A stretch of 64,000 nt of DNA from Eledone cirrhosa. Its lineage: Eukaryota. The notes under the pieces are model-generated. The model saw only the letters and a program-made list of their open reading frames with translations. It had not been told where the DNA came from and did not search any database. This document shows, one piece after another, positions 57,488 to 64,000 of the stretch (its first letter is position 1; the number at the start of each line of letters is the position of its first letter). A program made the position numbers and the translations under genes. Where the stretch lies: the NCBI GenBank assembly GCA_964016885.1, contig OZ024742.1, positions 345,712,001-345,776,000 of the forward strand. Reading direction: 5' to 3'.

Positions 57488-58394
57488 TAGATTATATATG
57501 ATAAAAGCAGTGTTGACCTCGATGGCATTTGAACTCAAAACTCAGAGATTTAGGACAAATATTGCAAAAACAATCCAACGCCTAGAGCTAGATTACACAT
57601 GATAAAAGAAAAATGTTCCAGATTGTTACAAAATAGTATGTATATCTATGGAGGATTCAAAACAAGGTAGTCGAATTATAATTAACAACTGAATAAAAAT
57701 TTGTTATTGATAAATATTTTTCATATTTTGAACCAACCATAAACATAGTAAAGAAATTAATACATTCCGAACTGAAATATTTTGGTCCAATATGTTATCC
57801 CAAGAGGAAGAAATTTTATCATCTGAAGTTAAAAAAACATAAATCTTAGAATTTGAAAATAATCTAATTGAAATTTGGAACATGTTTGGAGCTTGAATAA
57901 ATATATTCGTCAAAACAATGTTATTATTTTAACAAATTTTGTTACGATAATGTTGAAGTAGATTCTGGTATAACAAATTAAAATCAGTTTTTGTTTTGAT
58001 TATTTTTAGCATTTCCGTCTAAACGAAAAGATAACAAATTTTAAATAAATATAAATAGATAGTAAATCACAAATGACGGAGATGCCTGTCTTTCAAAATA
58101 TGTTGTAGATATATTTTGGTGAAAAAAAATACAATTTTAAGATATTAGATATATACAGTTCCATCAGATTGGGAAGGAGGCATCCAGTCAAAAACTTGTC
58201 AATATCCTTGTTGTTTGTATTTATATGAATCTAAATTTTCTCTAGCTCCTTTTCCTTCGAAACAATAATTTAGACGTTTCTTTTCATTGAAATATTTTGT
58301 GAGTATGATTCTACATCAACTACTTTCTATAAACATCATATACTGAAAAAACATCTCTATCACAAACGTGATTCAAATATATGAGTTATATATT

Positions 58395-58670
58395 ATGATT
58401 AAGTTAAAGTCTACCACAAACCTAGAGGATCAACAGGCAAGAGCTTATCCCAGATTCACTTGCGTGAAGGTCATTGGTTTGACAATATAGTTAAGATAAG
58501 TTGACATTTTTCCTAAACCCAGAAACACTTTAACCAAGAGTTTATCACGGATTCACTGGCGCCAAGTTCATTGGCGAGTGCTGAACAACATAGTTAAGAT
58601 AAGTTAAAATTTGTCCCAAGTCCAGAGACGTTTCAGACAAGAGTTTATCTTGTTTTCATTGGCGTTAAGC
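58395..58670. repeat. Degenerate ~100-bp tandem repeat, ~2.7 copies
   Basis: Recurrent CAAGAG.TTATC...TTCA.TGGCG and TAGTTAAGATAAGTT. Confidence 0.7.
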
Positions 58671-59914
58671 GTCTGTGAGTACAAAATTCTTCCCTAGAAG
58701 GGATGCCAAACCATCGCAGCGTTCAACCCTAACAGCTGCTTATGTGACTGAATTTTATTGGCAAAGTGGACAGATGCAACATAAAATGAAGCGTCTTGCT
58801 TAAGGATACAATGCGTCACCCTGCTCCGTGAACGAACTCACGACACCAACTTATTATCGTGAGACTAGCATATTAACCACTATGCCATGTCATTATGTGT
58901 GATAATTTAAGTATAATTTAATCATTCTTCTTCTTCATCCACTTATTCCTGGGAGGATTGTGGAAACTGTGTCCTCAAACACGCCTCCCAGAGGGTCCTG
59001 TTAGGAGCAACCGTTTCCAATTGATCCTACTAGATACCCAGGTGAGACCAGCCATCTTGCTCGGAGTCTACTCTTTTCTATTCGTTTTGCCCGTAAAATT
59101 CCAGTGATTATTTCCTGAGATATTCTAATCTCATGCCCATAGTATCGGAGCTCTGATCTCTCAATTCGGAAAAGTAGCGGCTCTACCTGGAGTGACACTC
59201 TGATCTCCAAGTTACGCACTCTTTTGCGTCACATTACTCCAAAAAACCCTCAATGGAACCTGATTTCGGCCGCTTTTCTTCACATTCATAGTATTTCAGT
59301 CATTGCACAACATTCCTCACTATAGGTAAGGGTAAACAGGAATACCAAATTGAAGAATGCGAGATTGGCTTTTCCACCTACCTCCCTTCTTGTGCTTATC
59401 GAATGCTGAAGCTAGCGCATTACTGCACCATCTCCTGCAATGATTGCCCTTAATTCAGCCTCCTGCCTTACATCATTCATAAATACGACCTCGGGGATGA
59501 TTGAACTTCTCCACCTGCTTAAATTGTAACATACTACTTACCTCCCTTCTGATGTATGTCACCCCCACATCGTGCCCTATAAATTGTTATATCTCCAACA
59601 TTACTCAATACATTTATTCAAGTACATCATTTGTACATACATGCTGTAATAATTCCTAAATAATTGAAATATAATTCTTATCTTTAATCAATTACACGTG
59701 TCAGTAATCAACATAAGCTATAGGATTTCTCTTATATAAACCATTAATATATCAAAACACAAATTTCCTAGTTTGTATGATAGTTCATATATCCAGTCAG
59801 CATGGTAAATGTGGCAGAGTATATCAATCTCAGACATGCAAGATGAATTACGTTCAACTCTATGCCCGTCGTTATTGACGGTAGGTTCCGAAGTCTACTA
59901 ACACACACACACAT

Positions 59915-60020
<106 letters not shown>

Positions 60021-60057
60021 CAATTGTTTTGTTTTTCTGTTTACCTTTTACATACAT

Positions 60058-60130
<73 letters not shown>

Positions 60131-60901
60131 AGTCGTTTGGAAGCCGCGACAATGCAAATGGGTAAATCTCCGGGTAACAGGGTCCGGTGGAGGAGAGAGA
60201 GATATGTAAGTGGGTGTACGTTAAGATGCGTGGTGTGTATAAGATGTGTGAGATGTGTAGAATGAAGGGAAGAGTGAAAGGGTAAACATAATAATGACAA
60301 CACAAGAGAGAGAGTTACCTTGGGAGAGATTTAATAGTCCCTATATATTTCGGATTCACATCCATCAACTGGGGGGTTTTTCCGGGGTGGGGGAAAAGGT
60401 TGTCTGTCGGACAATTCGGAACGCGTCTTACGCTGTTTGTTGATTTGAATATCTGAGGTATCCGGTCGAGTGCGCGTGCGCGTGAAATGGGGTCGGTCGT
60501 ACAGAGGTCAACGGCCGAATGAGGGAGTGGGATGGCGCTAGCTGTCAGTCCATTCTCTGCCTGTTTGTTAAATGTTACTGTGTGTGTGTGTGCGTGTGTT
60601 GTTGTCTCGCTTGAGTGTGTGTGTGTGTGCGTGTGTAGTTGCCTTGTTCATCTGTATTGGCAGTGTAGTATGTTCGTATGGTAGAATGCTACTGCGTGTG
60701 TGTGTGTAGTTGTCTCGTTTGCGTGTGTGTGTGTGTGCGTGTGTTGTTGCATCGCTTGTTAACTTAAACCAGCCATTTCATTTCGCTTCTCTCTAATCGG
60801 TTGTTTATTTGCGGTTGTAGTCGTTTGATAAGAAGCCATTCCTTAATACGTAACGCAGTGATCCCGCGAGTAGTGTCACTCATACCAAGCGATTCCTCGA
60901 G

Positions 60902-61474
60902 GTGCTGGAGACGAACGGGTACCCTACCTCGATCACAGAAAGAATAGGAGACACCAGACGCAAGAGACAGAGAAGCACCCAAGGCAAGTGCTTCCTTAAA
61001 ATACCACACCTGGGCGAGAAAACCACCAACGCTATCCGCAAGGCTATACGGAGGGAGGGCCTCGACATCCACCTGGCCCACTTGGGCCCCTCCCTGCGAA
61101 GATGCCTCTCCAGGAAAACCGAAAAGTCTACTGACGCATGCTCCCTCAGAGACTGCCCGATACGCCATGCTAACTGTTGCCTACGCACATACGTCGTGTA
61201 TAAGATAGAATGTGACAGGTGCAACCAATACTACATAGGTAGCGCAATTCGACCTTTGCACGTCCGGATCAAGGAACACATTAAAACCAGGGCCTCGTCT
61301 TTCCGGAAACACATAGACAAATGCGGAAACAAAGACGGAGGGCCCATTGTCACAATTCTAGCGACTGAAAGAAACGTCGGCACGTTACGTATTAAGGAAG
61401 GGCTTCTTATCAAACGACTACAACCGCAAATAAACAACCGATTAGAGAGAAGCGAAATGAAATGGCTGGTTTAA
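60902..61474 (+). CDS. PLE linker plus GIY-YIG endonuclease (5'-truncated)
   Basis: L..NGYP....C..RDCPI....C....VVYKIEC..C...YIGS..RPLHVRIKEH...E.L.IK...PQINN. Confidence 0.9.
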   Translation: MLETNGYPTSITERIGDTRRKRQRSTQGKCFLKIPHLGEKTTNAIRKAIRREGLDIHLAHLGPSLRRCLSRKTEKSTDACSLRDCPIRHANCCLRTYVVYKIECDRCNQYYIGSAIRPLHVRIKEHIKTRASSFRKHIDKCGNKDGGPIVTILATERNVGTLRIKEGLLIKRLQPQINNRLERSEMKWLV

Positions 61475-61892
61475 GTTAACAAGCGATGCAACAACACACA
61501 ACACACGCACACACACACACACACGCAAACGAGACAACTACACACACACGCGCACACACACACGCAGTAGCATTCCACCATACGAACATACTACACTGCC
61601 AATACAGATGAACAAGGCAACTACACACGCACACACACACACACACACACACTCAAGCGAGACAACAACACACGCACACACACACACAGTAACATTTAAC
61701 AAACAGGCAGAGAATGGACTGACAGCTAGCGCCATCCCACTCCCTCATTCGGCCGTTGACCTCTGTACGACCGACCCCATTTCACGCGCACGCGCGCTCG
61801 ACCGAATACCTCAGATATTCAAATCAACAAACAGCGTAAGACGCGTTCCGAATTGTCCGACAGACAACCTTTTCCCCACCCCGGAAAAAAAC

Positions 61893-61928
61893 CCCCAGTT
61901 GATGGATGTGAATCCGAAATATATAGGG
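61893..61928 (+). ncRNA. Hammerhead-like motif with variant core (mirror 60339-60374 -)
   Basis: CCC-CAGTTGA-t-GGAT-gtga-ATCC-GAAA-TATA-TA-GGG. Confidence 0.5.
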
Positions 61929-62258
61929 ACTATTAAATCTCTCCCAAGGTAACTCTCTCTCTTGTGTTGTTATTATTATTTTTACCCTTTCACTCTTCCC
62001 TTCATTCTACACATCTCACACATCTTATACACACCACGCATCTTAACGTACACCCACTAACATATCTCTCTCTCCTCCACCGGACCCTGTTACCCGGAGA
62101 TTTACCCATTTGCATTGTCGAGGCTTCCAAACGACTTATAAATATTTACTTATTGTTCCACAATGCTTCAAGCAAACTTCAATACTCTCATATATATATA
62201 TATATATATATATCATAACATATATATATAGAGATATATATATATATATGTATGTGTT

Positions 62259-63499
<1,241 letters not shown>

Positions 63500-64000
63500 T
63501 CCTTTTTCTTAAATAAATTAAATATCACCCAACAAGAATTGCTTCCCCCTGCATATTAACTCTCTAAAAAGGGAAATCATATCAAACCACAGTCCACCAT
63601 TTGCCTCCTTCACGGAACCATGGTTCAACTAAGCACTCTTGCGATATTAACACATTTTGAACTGCTTAACTTCAATGACTGTGCTTGTAAATAACATTAT
63701 TTTTTCTTCCACATTGACTTTTTACGTTCCACATTATGCACGTTTTTTTTTCCTTTTTCTTTTTTCTTTTCACTTCTTAAACCTTGTTTGTATATAACAT
63801 TATTCTTTCTGCACCTTCTGTTTAACATGTGTGACACAACATTAACAGAATTCACTATCATTTGATAATGCATATAAATGCTGAAACCGGTAATAGACAA
63901 TAATTAAATATATAAATAGATAAATAAATGCCATTGCTAAATAATAAATAAATCAACTAATACCTTAACACTTCACACAAAGTAAAACATTTCGTTTTAA

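Larger units (their letters stand above)
60122..62190 (+). mobile_element. 5'-truncated Penelope-like element with inverted pLTR (60122-60855 mirrors 61383-62145), in (TA)n
   Basis: GIY-YIG ORF, ~740-bp inverted repeat, 45-bp unpaired tail and (TA)n flanks. Confidence 0.93.

Overview
Eukaryotic, AT-rich, almost entirely repetitive animal DNA with no intact host gene. The SINE families and microsatellite density suggest an octopus or other cephalopod, which is an inference. Positions 1-30.8 kb are a ~3.5-copy tandem macro-repeat. Each unit carries a length-hypervariable 9-bp (ACAACAATG)n satellite, an RTE RT fragment, SINE and MITE relics, and two inverted pseudogenised copies of an unidentified exon. 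The rest is a nest of retroelements: three Penelope-like elements (PLEs), a near full-length decayed Tx1/L1-type LINE, RTE and CR1 fragments, SINEs, MITEs and a 26-bp minisatellite. The main hidden signal is RNA structure. At least six sequence families of type I hammerhead ribozyme (HHR) motifs occur, mostly in tandem or fold-back arrangements inside (TA)n tracts. They include an ORF-less 478-bp tandem repeat with an intact minimal HHR in each full unit (retrozyme/circRNA candidate, 36.0-37.75 kb). A GTATTGAGTAC motif is conserved ~37-51 nt downstream of the cleavage site in three otherwise different HHR families. All structures were paired by eye; nothing was searched or folded computationally.
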